64,000 nucleotides of DNA from Gemmatimonadota bacterium. GTDB lineage: Bacteria; Gemmatimonadota; Gemmatimonadetes; JACCXV01; JAHWKZ01. The stretch spans positions 24,845-88,844 of the forward strand of contig JAWVZN010000003.1 in the NCBI GenBank assembly GCA_033722155.1, given 5' to 3'. A program made the position numbers and the translations under genes. The notes under the pieces were generated by a model that worked only from the letters and a program-made list of their open reading frames with translations, had not been told where the DNA came from and made no database searches. Below are positions 1 through 8,273 of the stretch, in pieces (the stretch's first letter is position 1; each line of letters opens with the position of its first letter).

Positions 1-216
1 CCGATCGCGCTCTTCTTCCTCAGCTGGCACGCGGTCGGCTTCGTCGACGCCGCCACGGTGGGCGACTGGGAGAGCTGGCACGCCGACGTGGGGGCCGGCA
101 TCAGCGGGGTCAACATCTTCAGCTTTCTCGGCGTGTTCGTCGCCCAGCGGATCACCGACCTGGACGAGGATGACGCCGGCCCCCGCTTCGTTGTCAGGCT
201 CCGACGCGGACTCTAA
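1..216 (+). CDS. C-terminal fragment of an unidentified protein (runs off window start)
   Basis: Frame +1 is open from base 1 to TAA at 214-216 with GC3-rich codons (PIALFFLSWHAVGF...). No family recognised. Confidence 0.3.
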   Translation, partial: PIALFFLSWHAVGFVDAATVGDWESWHADVGAGISGVNIFSFLGVFVAQRITDLDEDDAGPRFVVRLRRGL

Positions 217-280
217 CTTCGCCCGTCGTTTCGGCGAGAACCTCGATCTCGGACATCTCGCATCGAAAGGACGAGCACGA

Positions 281-733
281 ATGAAGCTGGTCGAATTCTT
301 CACCGAGGACGAGGTGCGGCTCCAGATGGACGCGGACGGGAAGGACGCCGCGCTGCAGGAGCTGATCTCCCTGCTCGACCTCGAAGACGACGCCGCGGAG
401 ATCCTCTTCAAGCTGCTCAAGAAGCGGGAGAACCTGGGATCCACCGGGATCGGCAAGGGGGTGGCGATCCCCCACTGCCGCTCGCTCGTGGTGGATCGGC
501 TGCGGGTCGCCTACGGCCGCAAGTCCTCCGGCCTCGACTTCGACGCGGTCGACGACAAGCCGGTGAACCACTTCTTCCTGATCGTGGCGCCGCCGGTGGA
601 GATCTCGAACCAGTACCTGCCGGTCCTGGGCCAGATCGCCCAGTTCTGCAAGAACCCGAAGAACCTCACCCGGCTGGGCGAGATCGACTCCGAGTCGGAG
701 TTCTTCGAGGTGCTGGAGGACGCCGAGGTGTAG
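281..733 (+). CDS. ptsN: PTS EIIA-Ntr type nitrogen regulatory protein
   Basis: MKLVEFFTEDEV...GIGKGVAIPHCRS (conserved IPH phospho-His context)...FFLIVAP is typical PTS_EIIA_2. ATG at 281 is preceded by aaaggacgag. The ORF-track start at 170 adds a non-conserved leader. Confidence 0.8.
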   Translation: MKLVEFFTEDEVRLQMDADGKDAALQELISLLDLEDDAAEILFKLLKKRENLGSTGIGKGVAIPHCRSLVVDRLRVAYGRKSSGLDFDAVDDKPVNHFFLIVAPPVEISNQYLPVLGQIAQFCKNPKNLTRLGEIDSESEFFEVLEDAEV

Positions 734-758
734 CGCCCTACCCCCCCCGGGGGTTCCC

Positions 759-3700
759 CTACACCGAGAAGTACTTCGCCTCCGGGTGGTGGACCACCAG
801 GGCGGCGGTGGAGAGCTCCGGGACCAGCGCGCCCGCCTCGGTGAGCTCCATCGACAGCGCCTGCCGCGCCGGCAGCAGGTCGAACACCACCCGGTGCTGG
901 AGGGGATCGGGGCACGCCCCGTAGCCCCACGAGTACCGCAAGCCCCGACCGGGCTCGATCCCCAGATCCTCCCGGACGCGTTCGTGGACGTACTCCGCCC
1001 CCGCCTCGGCGAGCCGGACCCCGAACCCGTGGAGGTAGTACCCCTCGGAGTACTCCCCACCCTCCATCATCCCGCTCGAGCGCTCCAGCACCGCGTCGCC
1101 GACCGTCACGAGCTGCACCGCCGCCACGTCCCGCTCTCCATCGTCGGCCGGTCGGAAGTAGTCCACCAGCGAGAGGCGATCGCGTCCCCGCTGGCGGGGG
1201 AAGTCGAAGCGGCCGACCTCGCGGTCCGGATCCTCCGGATCGTACAGGATCAGCGCGTCCCCCTCGGTCGCGGCGGGCCAGATGCCGTAGGCCGCCTGGG
1301 GCACGATCCAGCCCGAGGCGAGGGCCTTCGCCCGGTACGCCTCCAGCCGGGGCTCGAACTCCTCGGCGACCAGGCGATCCCACTCCGCCCCCTTCGCGTT
1401 CTTCGCGCCCCAATGGAGCCGGTACAGGGTGTTCAGGTCGATCCGCTGGAAGAGGGCCTCGAGCGGAAGCCGCTCGATCACCTTGGTACCGTAGAAGGCG
1501 GGCTCTGGCACCCCGACGTCGGGGGAGGGGCGCTGCGCGTCGCGGTCCATCGCCCGATCGGCGACCGTCGCCTTCAGCTCCGCCCGGCGCTCGGTCCGCT
1601 CGCGGACCCGGCGGTGACGCTCGGCCACGAAGCGCTCCCGGCGTTCGGGGTCGGTCAGGGCCTCCACGGTCTCCAGTCCCGCGAAGGCGTCCTTGCAGTA
1701 CCACACACCCGATCCGTAGAGCTCCCCGTCCTCGTCGCCGTCCCCCAGGAGCGCTGCCTGGCGGACGAACGTGGGGTTGATCGCCGCCCCACCGCACAGC
1801 ACCGGGAACTCGAGCCCCCGCTGGTGGAGCTCCCGGACGCAGGCGGGCATCTGCTTCGACGTGGAGACGAGCAGGGCCGAGAGGCCGATCGCGTCGGCCT
1901 CCACCTCGACGGCCTTCGTCAGGATCGTCTCGATCGGCACCTGCTTGCCCAGGTCGTGCACGGTGTAGCCGTTGTTCGAGAGGATCGTCCCGACCAGGTT
2001 CTTTCCGATGTCGTGCACGTCGCCGAAGACGGTCGCGAGCACCACCGTTCCCTTCGACTGCCCCTCCACCTGCTCGAGGTAGGCCTCGAGCCTCGCCACG
2101 GCCCGCTTCATCACCTCTGCGGACTGGAGCACGAACGGCAGGATCAGCTCGCCCGCCCCGAACCTGTCGCCCACCTCCTTCATGGCCGGCAGGAGAACCC
2201 CGTTCAAAACCGCCACCGCGCCCGGATCGCCGCCGCCGCGCTCCTCGATCGCCCGATCGACCAGATCCTCGATCCCCTTCCGCTTCCGGTGGAGGATCTT
2301 CCAGTGGATCGCCTCCTCGGGGCTCCTCCCCGCGGTGGGATCGACCTTCTCCTCCACCTCCGCCGCGTGCTGCTCGAAGAAGTCGATGAACCGGGCCAGG
2401 GCGTCCTCGCGGCGGTCGAGGATCAGGTCGTCGGCGAGGGCACGGCGCTCGTCGTCGATCTCCGCGTAGGGCGTGATGTGGGCGGCGTTGACGATCGCCA
2501 GGTCGAGTCCGGCCTCTACGCAGTGGTGGAGGAAAACGGAATTCAGTACCGCCCGGGCCTGGGGGCTCAGGCCGAAGGAGACGTTCGACACCCCCAGGCT
2601 GGTGAGCACCCCGGGCAGGGCCGCCTTGATCTCCCGGATCCCCTCGATCGTCTCCACGGCCGAGCGGCGGAACTCCCTCTCCCCGGTCGCGAGGGTGAAG
2701 GTGAGGTCGTCGAAGATCAGGTCGTGGGGCGCGAGGCCGTACTCGTCGACGCAGATCGCGTGGATCCGCTTCGCGATCCCCAGCTTCCGCACCGCGGTCT
2801 TCGCCATCCCCTCCTCGTCGATCGTCAGCGCCACGACCGCGGCGCCGTGCTCCACGGCGAGCGGGAGGGTGGCGTCGATCCGCCCGCGGCCGTCCTCCAG
2901 ATTCACCGAGTTCAGGGTCGCCCGGCCGGGATACTGCTCCAGCGCGGCGGCCATCACCTCGGGTTCGGTCGAGTCGATCACCAGGGGGGCGGGAACCCCT
3001 TGCGCCAGCAGCTTCACCAGGGTCCGCATCTGTCCCGCCTCGTCGGGACGCTCGGTGAGGGCCGTGCACACGTCGAGGAGGTGGGCGCCCCCCTCGACCT
3101 GGTCCCGGGCCACCTCGAGGATCCCCTGGTAGTCGTCGTCGAGCAGCAGCCGCTTCACCTTGCGCGACCCCTGGCTGTTCACCCGCTCCCCGATCAGGGT
3201 CGGCGGCGGCCGCTGGACGAGGTCCGTCGCCGTCATCGCGCTGGCGACGCGAGGGACCACGGGGACCGACCGCTCGCGCGGTGCCGTTCCCCACACCCGT
3301 CCCACCACCGCCTCCATGTGCCCCGGCGTGGTGCCGCAGCAGCCGCCGACGATGGACACCCCGAGGTCCTCCACGAAACCGGCGTGCGCCTCGGCCAGCG
3401 CCTCCGGGGCGAGGTCGTAGACCGCCTCCCCGCCCACGTTGTGCGGGATCCCGGCGTTCGGGATCACGCTGATCGGAAGATCCGCGTTCTCGCACAGCCA
3501 CCGGACGGGCTGGCGCATCGGCTCGGGCCCGGTGGAGCAGTTGAGCCCCATCGCGTCCACGTTCAGCGCCCCGATCGTCGTCGCCGCCGCGGCGATGTCG
3601 GTGCCGAGCAGCATCCGTCCGGTGGGGTCGAGGGTGACCTGCACCTGGAGCGGAAGGTCCCTGTCGATACGTCGCATCGCGTTACAACATCCAGAGATGG

Positions 3701-4229
3701 CCGCCCTCACCTCGAGCAGATCCTGACTCGTCTCGATCAGCAGCAGGTCGACGCCCCCCTCGATCAGGCCCGTCGCCTGCTCCTCGAACACCTCGGCAAG
3801 CTCGCGGTAGCCGATCCGCCCCAGCTCCGGGTCCGAGGTGGAGGGAAGGTGGCCGGAGGGGCCGATCGATCCCGCGACGAACCGGGGCCGGTCGGAGGTG
3901 GAGAAGTCCGCCGCAACCTCGCGGGCGATCTCCGCCGCCGCGCGGTTCATCTCGAGGATCCTCTCCTCCAGGCCGTACTCCGCGATCGAGAGGCGGTTGG
4001 CGCGGAAGGTGTCGGTCTCGATCACGTCGCACCCCACCTCGAGGAACGACGCGTGGATCTCCCGGATCACGTCGGGGCGGGAGAGCACGAGGTGGTCGTT
4101 GCACCCCTCCAGCCCCTCGCCCCCGAAATCGTCGGGGGAGAGGTCGCGCTCCTGGACGCTCGTCCCCATCGCCCCGTCGAAGACGAGGACCCGCTCCCGC
4201 AGCAGATCCAGGTACCGCTGTCGCGCCAT
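759..4229 (-). CDS. metH: Cobalamin-dependent methionine synthase
   Basis: 1156 aa with the full domain order: Hcy S-methyltransferase (VLVFDGAMGT), pterin-binding, B12-binding (GDVHDIGKN), and AdoMet activation domain. Confidence 0.95.
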   Translation of the reverse strand: MARQRYLDLLRERVLVFDGAMGTSVQERDLSPDDFGGEGLEGCNDHLVLSRPDVIREIHASFLEVGCDVIETDTFRANRLSIAEYGLEERILEMNRAAAEIAREVAADFSTSDRPRFVAGSIGPSGHLPSTSDPELGRIGYRELAEVFEEQATGLIEGGVDLLLIETSQDLLEVRAAISGCCNAMRRIDRDLPLQVQVTLDPTGRMLLGTDIAAAATTIGALNVDAMGLNCSTGPEPMRQPVRWLCENADLPISVIPNAGIPHNVGGEAVYDLAPEALAEAHAGFVEDLGVSIVGGCCGTTPGHMEAVVGRVWGTAPRERSVPVVPRVASAMTATDLVQRPPPTLIGERVNSQGSRKVKRLLLDDDYQGILEVARDQVEGGAHLLDVCTALTERPDEAGQMRTLVKLLAQGVPAPLVIDSTEPEVMAAALEQYPGRATLNSVNLEDGRGRIDATLPLAVEHGAAVVALTIDEEGMAKTAVRKLGIAKRIHAICVDEYGLAPHDLIFDDLTFTLATGEREFRRSAVETIEGIREIKAALPGVLTSLGVSNVSFGLSPQARAVLNSVFLHHCVEAGLDLAIVNAAHITPYAEIDDERRALADDLILDRREDALARFIDFFEQHAAEVEEKVDPTAGRSPEEAIHWKILHRKRKGIEDLVDRAIEERGGGDPGAVAVLNGVLLPAMKEVGDRFGAGELILPFVLQSAEVMKRAVARLEAYLEQVEGQSKGTVVLATVFGDVHDIGKNLVGTILSNNGYTVHDLGKQVPIETILTKAVEVEADAIGLSALLVSTSKQMPACVRELHQRGLEFPVLCGGAAINPTFVRQAALLGDGDEDGELYGSGVWYCKDAFAGLETVEALTDPERRERFVAERHRRVRERTERRAELKATVADRAMDRDAQRPSPDVGVPEPAFYGTKVIERLPLEALFQRIDLNTLYRLHWGAKNAKGAEWDRLVAEEFEPRLEAYRAKALASGWIVPQAAYGIWPAATEGDALILYDPEDPDREVGRFDFPRQRGRDRLSLVDYFRPADDGERDVAAVQLVTVGDAVLERSSGMMEGGEYSEGYYLHGFGVRLAEAGAEYVHERVREDLGIEPGRGLRYSWGYGACPDPLQHRVVFDLLPARQALSMELTEAGALVPELSTAALVVHHPEAKYFSV

Positions 4230-4248
4230 GATCGGGTCTCCCGAAGAG

Positions 4249-4282
4249 AAAAAGCCCCGCCGAGGAGGCGGCCGTGCGGGGC
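4249..4282 (-). terminator. Intrinsic-terminator-like hairpin plus U5 inside the metH leader (possible attenuator or riboswitch expression platform)
   Basis: Minus strand reads GCCCCGC-N15-GCGGGGC followed by UUUUU. The U-tract ends 19 nt before the metH ATG, with a GGGAGA Shine-Dalgarno in between. Confidence 0.5.
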
Positions 4283-4417
4283 TTCGGGTCGGCCCTCCGA
4301 AGCTCGGCCGCCCCGCCCGCGTCTGCGGCGAGCACCTCGGAGCATCGTCTCGGATCTGATTGGTGACAGGCCGATTTTAGCGCCGCGAGAGAAGCCCAAC
4401 CACCCGCGTCTAGCGCT

Positions 4418-5656
4418 TCAGTCGGCGACCCAGGAGAGGCGGACCGGATCCACGATCGTCGATTCGACCTGTTCGATCGACTGGCAGGAGTAGAAGATCT
4501 CGGCCGTGCCCGCCCCGATCATGTCGATCTCGACCTCGGTCAGCGACATGATGGCGCCGTAGATGTCCACGTTGCCGTTGATCTTGTTGATCTTGTCGGC
4601 GATGATGATCCCCTTGAACGTGCCGCCGTTGATGTTCCCCATGTTGGCGGGGGCGTAGGCAGGGTCGCTCGCCTTTTCCGGATCGTACATCGGATCCTCC
4701 GGATCGTGCTCGCGCGGGTTGTAGAGGGGATTGTGGATGATGAGGATCCCGCTCCCCTGGATGTTGCCGCATCCACCGTCGGTCGCGCAGGCGCCCGTCG
4801 AGCCGAAGTCGTCGGTCACGTACACGATGCCCGAGAGCGTATCGGGACGGTTGGTGCCGTACTGCTCTCCCGACTGCTTGTAGGAGTCCAGCGCCCCCGA
4901 CTGGAGACCCAGCACTTCCTCCGGCGTGTGCCACACCACGCTGTCGTCGTATTGGACGTAGGGCGGGTCGTTGTCGGCGTAGGTCTCGTTGCCGTAGAGA
5001 TCGGGGGTTCCCTGCAGGGTGACGTCCTCGTCGTCCGTCATCCGGATGGCGGGCTTGTTCTCGTCGCACACCCCGTTCACGGACGTGTCGGAGGGATCCA
5101 CCTGTGTGCCGTCCGGGCGCGTGTTGATACCCGAGACGGTGATGTTCCCGTGCAGGCTCACTCCCGAGTTCGACTGCAGCGCCGACTGGGCCTCTACCGT
5201 CAGCGAGCGGGGCGTGATTCGCATCCGCTGGACGGCGCGGATGTCGCCGCGGGTGGCCGTCGAGACGAGGACCCAAACCGGATCGCCGATGCCGAGGCCG
5301 TTATAACCCAGGTCCTTGTCGTGCCACACGAAGGTCTCCCCGGTTCCGAAGTCGTGAACGTCCCGGGAGATCGTGACCGTGTAGTCGTATCCCCCGGTGG
5401 AGCCCGTGACCGGCCATCCGGTATCGGACCCGTTCGTGACGAAATGTCCCGCCGCGTGCTCGAGACCCGCGGTGGCGGCGGCTCCGGCGGCGCTCGAGAA
5501 CGTGTAGAGCCCGGACAGCTTGATGTCCGTGGCCGTCATCATGGTGGCCGCCGCCGCGATCATCCCGAGGCAGACGAGGACGACGAGCACCATCGCGACG
5601 GCGAAGCCGCCCTCGGACGTCCGGGCGAGGCCGGGTCGGGTGGTCTCTTCCCTCAT
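4418..5656 (-). CDS. PilX-like type IV minor pilin / pilus assembly protein (large, 412 aa)
   Basis: N-terminal hydrophobic segment (GGFAVAMVLVVLVCLGMIAAAATMM) as in PilX_N. Last gene of the pseudopilin operon. Its ATG overlaps the upstream stop (ATGA at 5653-5656). Confidence 0.55.
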   Translation of the reverse strand: MREETTRPGLARTSEGGFAVAMVLVVLVCLGMIAAAATMMTATDIKLSGLYTFSSAAGAAATAGLEHAAGHFVTNGSDTGWPVTGSTGGYDYTVTISRDVHDFGTGETFVWHDKDLGYNGLGIGDPVWVLVSTATRGDIRAVQRMRITPRSLTVEAQSALQSNSGVSLHGNITVSGINTRPDGTQVDPSDTSVNGVCDENKPAIRMTDDEDVTLQGTPDLYGNETYADNDPPYVQYDDSVVWHTPEEVLGLQSGALDSYKQSGEQYGTNRPDTLSGIVYVTDDFGSTGACATDGGCGNIQGSGILIIHNPLYNPREHDPEDPMYDPEKASDPAYAPANMGNINGGTFKGIIIADKINKINGNVDIYGAIMSLTEVEIDMIGAGTAEIFYSCQSIEQVESTIVDPVRLSWVAD

Positions 5657-6213
5657 TCGTAGATCTGATTCCGCAGCGCCACGGTCGTCGTCAGGCTGCC
5701 GGTGAGGGCGCCTTCGGCGGTCTCGTACTCCATGCGGATCCGGATCTGCTCGATCTCCGCCGCGGTTGACGCCGGAGTCCCCGCCTCGTCGCTCCAGTAT
5801 CGGAACTCGAGGTCGGTCACCCGGGTCGCCACCGTCGCCTGCACGCCGCCCTCTCTCCGGACCAGGAGATCGTCGTCCGGGTCGTACAGGTACGTCACCA
5901 CCTCGTCGGGATCGAGGACGTCTCCGTCATCGTTCAGGTCCGCGGTGTACCCGAAGGAGGTCGCCGTCCACTCGGTCACCCCGGCCCCGGCCAGCCCGTA
6001 CGGATCGAAGCCGGCATTGCGCATTTCCTTGGACATCATGTCCAGGCCCGCGCGGGCGTTCTGCATGGCGAGGACGCCTGCGTTCTGGTCATTGTAGGCG
6101 TGGTGCTGGACGCGCAGCAGGGTGACCAGGCTCGACCCCAGCACGGCGACCACGATCATCCCGACCAGGAGCTCCACCAGCGTGAACCCCGCGGTGTCCG
6201 GCGTCGCCCTCAC
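5653..6213 (-). CDS. PilW-like prepilin-type N-terminal cleavage/methylation domain protein
   Basis: AGFTLVELLVGMIVVAVLG prepilin motif. GTG start overlaps the upstream TGA (GTGA at 6210-6213). The ORF-track start at 6783 is an overextension. Confidence 0.7.
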   Translation of the reverse strand: MRATPDTAGFTLVELLVGMIVVAVLGSSLVTLLRVQHHAYNDQNAGVLAMQNARAGLDMMSKEMRNAGFDPYGLAGAGVTEWTATSFGYTADLNDDGDVLDPDEVVTYLYDPDDDLLVRREGGVQATVATRVTDLEFRYWSDEAGTPASTAAEIEQIRIRMEYETAEGALTGSLTTTVALRNQIYE

Positions 6214-6605
6214 GACTGCCCCCGCAGCGTGGTCTTCCGCACCTCGAGCGTGTCCCCCCGATCCGCCCATCGCACGGTGAGCTGGATCTCCATCACGTTG
6301 GGAATCGGGGTGTTGGGGGAGACGATCCAGCTGCGGGAGAACGTGACCCCGCCGATCGTCATCGAATCCGAACCGTTCGCGATGTCCTGATACGGCGTGG
6401 ACTGGAACTGCTCGATCCGCGAGTACAGCGCCGCGTCCGCCCGGCTCCGGTTCACCGAGTCCCGGTTGGCCTGCATGATCGCGCCCGTCAGCCCCGCCAT
6501 CATGACCACGCCGAACATCAGCACGACGAGGGCCACCATCGCCTCCACCAGGGTGAAGCCGTCGCGTTCGCGCGCGACCCTGTGGGGGGAGTACGCTTCG
6601 GTCAC
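6210..6605 (-). CDS. PilV-like prepilin-type minor pilin
   Basis: DGFTLVEAMVALVVLMFG prepilin motif, 131 aa. GTG start in a GTGA overlap at 6602-6605. Confidence 0.7.
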   Translation of the reverse strand: MTEAYSPHRVARERDGFTLVEAMVALVVLMFGVVMMAGLTGAIMQANRDSVNRSRADAALYSRIEQFQSTPYQDIANGSDSMTIGGVTFSRSWIVSPNTPIPNVMEIQLTVRWADRGDTLEVRKTTLRGQS

Positions 6606-7090
6606 GGGTTCGCGCTCCACAACGCCATGCCGCTGGCGAGGACCTGGATCTGCTGGTCGTGATCCCCGTCGTCGAGCACGATCGTCGCCACCTCGTCCGG
6701 TCGACCGTGGCTCGCGAAGCGGACGACGCCGTCGGAGGAGCCGTTGATCGACAGGCTGACCCCCGGGGCCACCGTGTCGACACCGCCGATGGTGTGCCAC
6801 GCCCCCGCCGACCAGTACGCCATGCGGTAGATCGATCCGGCCTCGAAAGCGACGCGAACGGGGCGCTGCTCGGCCACGGCGCGCCCCCTCGCCTCCACCA
6901 GCCGGGAGTGGACCGTCCGCGCCTCCGACACCGCCTCGTAGGGGTCCAGCGAGTCGGAGAGGCTGGGGAGAGCGACCAGCGCCAGGATCCCCGTGACCGC
7001 GAGGGCCATCAGGATCTCCATCAGGCTGAACCCCGCATCGAAATGCAGAATGCCACACCCGAACGGATTCGATCGGTCTGCTCCCACCAT
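6602..7090 (-). CDS. FimT/GspH-like pseudopilin
   Basis: AGFSLMEILMALAVTGILA prepilin motif. ATG at 7090 is preceded by GAGGGAG. Confidence 0.7.
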   Translation of the reverse strand: MVGADRSNPFGCGILHFDAGFSLMEILMALAVTGILALVALPSLSDSLDPYEAVSEARTVHSRLVEARGRAVAEQRPVRVAFEAGSIYRMAYWSAGAWHTIGGVDTVAPGVSLSINGSSDGVVRFASHGRPDEVATIVLDDGDHDQQIQVLASGMALWSANP

Positions 7091-7305
7091 GAGCTCCCTC
7101 GATGAGGGGGTTCTTTCTGCTGCTGCTATGGTGGTTCCAGTTGCAGGAATCATGCCTCCACCGCGTACGGGAAGGCGCGGTGCGATCAGCGGCGGCGGAC
7201 GGGAGCCGCGCGTCGGCGCGCTCGACGGGCCTCACGGGCCGGCGATATTCGCCCGCGGCACGCCGACGTCGACCACGACATCCCGCCATCGGAGAGGAGA
7301 GCCCC

Positions 7306-7641
7306 CTGAACGAGACGATCGAACGGCTGATCGCGCTGCAGGATCTGCTGCAGCTGAAGCGAGACATCCAGCAGGCGTCCTACGAGGAGCTGGGCTTCGA
7401 GAGCCTGGACGAGGAGGCGATCGACGCCGAGATCGAGAGCCTCGAGAAGGAGATCGACCCCTCCGTCCTCAGGCGCTACGAGCGGATCGCCGCGAAGTAC
7501 GACCGGCCACTCGTTCCGGTCCGAAAGGGGATCTGCTACGGCTGCTTCGTCCGCTTCCCCACGGCGAAGCTGTCGGACCTCGAAGAGGAGGAGCCGATGA
7601 CGTGCGAGAGCTGCGGCCGGCTCCTGTACCGGATTCCGTGA
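7306..7641 (+). CDS. C4-type zinc-ribbon / coiled-coil protein (COG1579-like); start codon uncertain
   Basis: Conserved part is LNETIERLIALQDLLQLKRD...CYGCFVRFP...CESCGRLLY (two CxxC pairs). There is no in-frame ATG or GTG after 7180. GGAGAGGAG at 7291-7299 lies 6 nt before CTG at 7306. Confidence 0.5.
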   Translation: MNETIERLIALQDLLQLKRDIQQASYEELGFESLDEEAIDAEIESLEKEIDPSVLRRYERIAAKYDRPLVPVRKGICYGCFVRFPTAKLSDLEEEEPMTCESCGRLLYRIP

Positions 7642-7671
7642 TCGACCGAGCCGGGCTCGAGACGTACCGTC

Positions 7672-8265
7672 CTACGGGGCCCGCCTGACCCACACGTCGG
7701 CCAGGCCACGCGCCGCGATCCGCTCGCGGGCGAGCTCCGCGCCCCGGCGGGATCCGTAGCGTCCCAGGAAGACCCGGTAGAGACCCCCCTCCACCGCGTA
7801 CCACCGCGGCTCCCCCGGAACGATCCGCTCCAGCTGCCGGATGCGGGCCAGCGCACCGACCTCGGTCTCGAAGGCTCCCACCTGCAGCGTCCAGAAGTCT
7901 CCGCCCGGCTCCCGGGCCGGCGATGGAGGCTCCCGCCTCCGCTCGGCGGTCCCGTCCCGGGGGCCGGCGTCGAGCGTCTCCAGCAGTTCCTCGGTCGAGG
8001 GGTCCGGGCCCGGCGCGGGCGCCGGGGCTCCCTCGCGCCGCGTCCTCGCCGCGGGCCGGACGGAGTCGGGATGGACGAACCGCTCGTACACACCCGCCGC
8101 GAGCGCGTCCGCCTGCGTCTCGAACTCGGGATCGGCCGCCTCGCGGGCGGCCACGAACTCCGGATCCCCGGTGCGATCCTCCCGGGTTCCCGTGCCCGCC
8201 TCCTCCCTCCCCGGTGGCGCCGACGCGCACCCGACGAGGAGCGCCGCCAGCAGGATCAGCGGCAT
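7672..8265 (-). CDS. SPOR-domain lipoprotein
   Basis: MPLILLAALLVGCAS lipobox. C-terminal FWTLQVGAF...YRVFLGRYGSRRGAE matches SPOR (peptidoglycan-binding). Confidence 0.75.
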   Translation of the reverse strand: MPLILLAALLVGCASAPPGREEAGTGTREDRTGDPEFVAAREAADPEFETQADALAAGVYERFVHPDSVRPAARTRREGAPAPAPGPDPSTEELLETLDAGPRDGTAERRREPPSPAREPGGDFWTLQVGAFETEVGALARIRQLERIVPGEPRWYAVEGGLYRVFLGRYGSRRGAELARERIAARGLADVWVRRAP

Positions 8266-8273
8266 CCCCCTCG

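Noticed and set aside
734-758. CCCCCCCCGGGGG run between the convergent ptsN and metH genes as a bidirectional terminator
   Set aside because: The complementary arms abut with essentially no loop, and there is no flanking T- or A-tract. Support for a terminator is insufficient.
4284-4417. Assigning the metH leader to a specific riboswitch class (SAM-I/II/IV, SAH or cobalamin)
   Set aside because: I could not find the class-defining cores by eye. These include the SAM-I GAGGGA...GGUGCUAA core, the SAH CGAGGAGCGCUGC core, and the B12 box. Only the generic terminator architecture is reported.
786-4493. 1235-aa plus-strand ORF, together with the 996-aa minus-strand ORF at 511-3501, both overlapping metH
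   Set aside because: The translations are Arg/Pro/Gly/Ala/His-rich with no recognisable domains. They lie antisense to, or out of frame with, a clearly conserved metH. This is the typical high-GC open-frame artefact.
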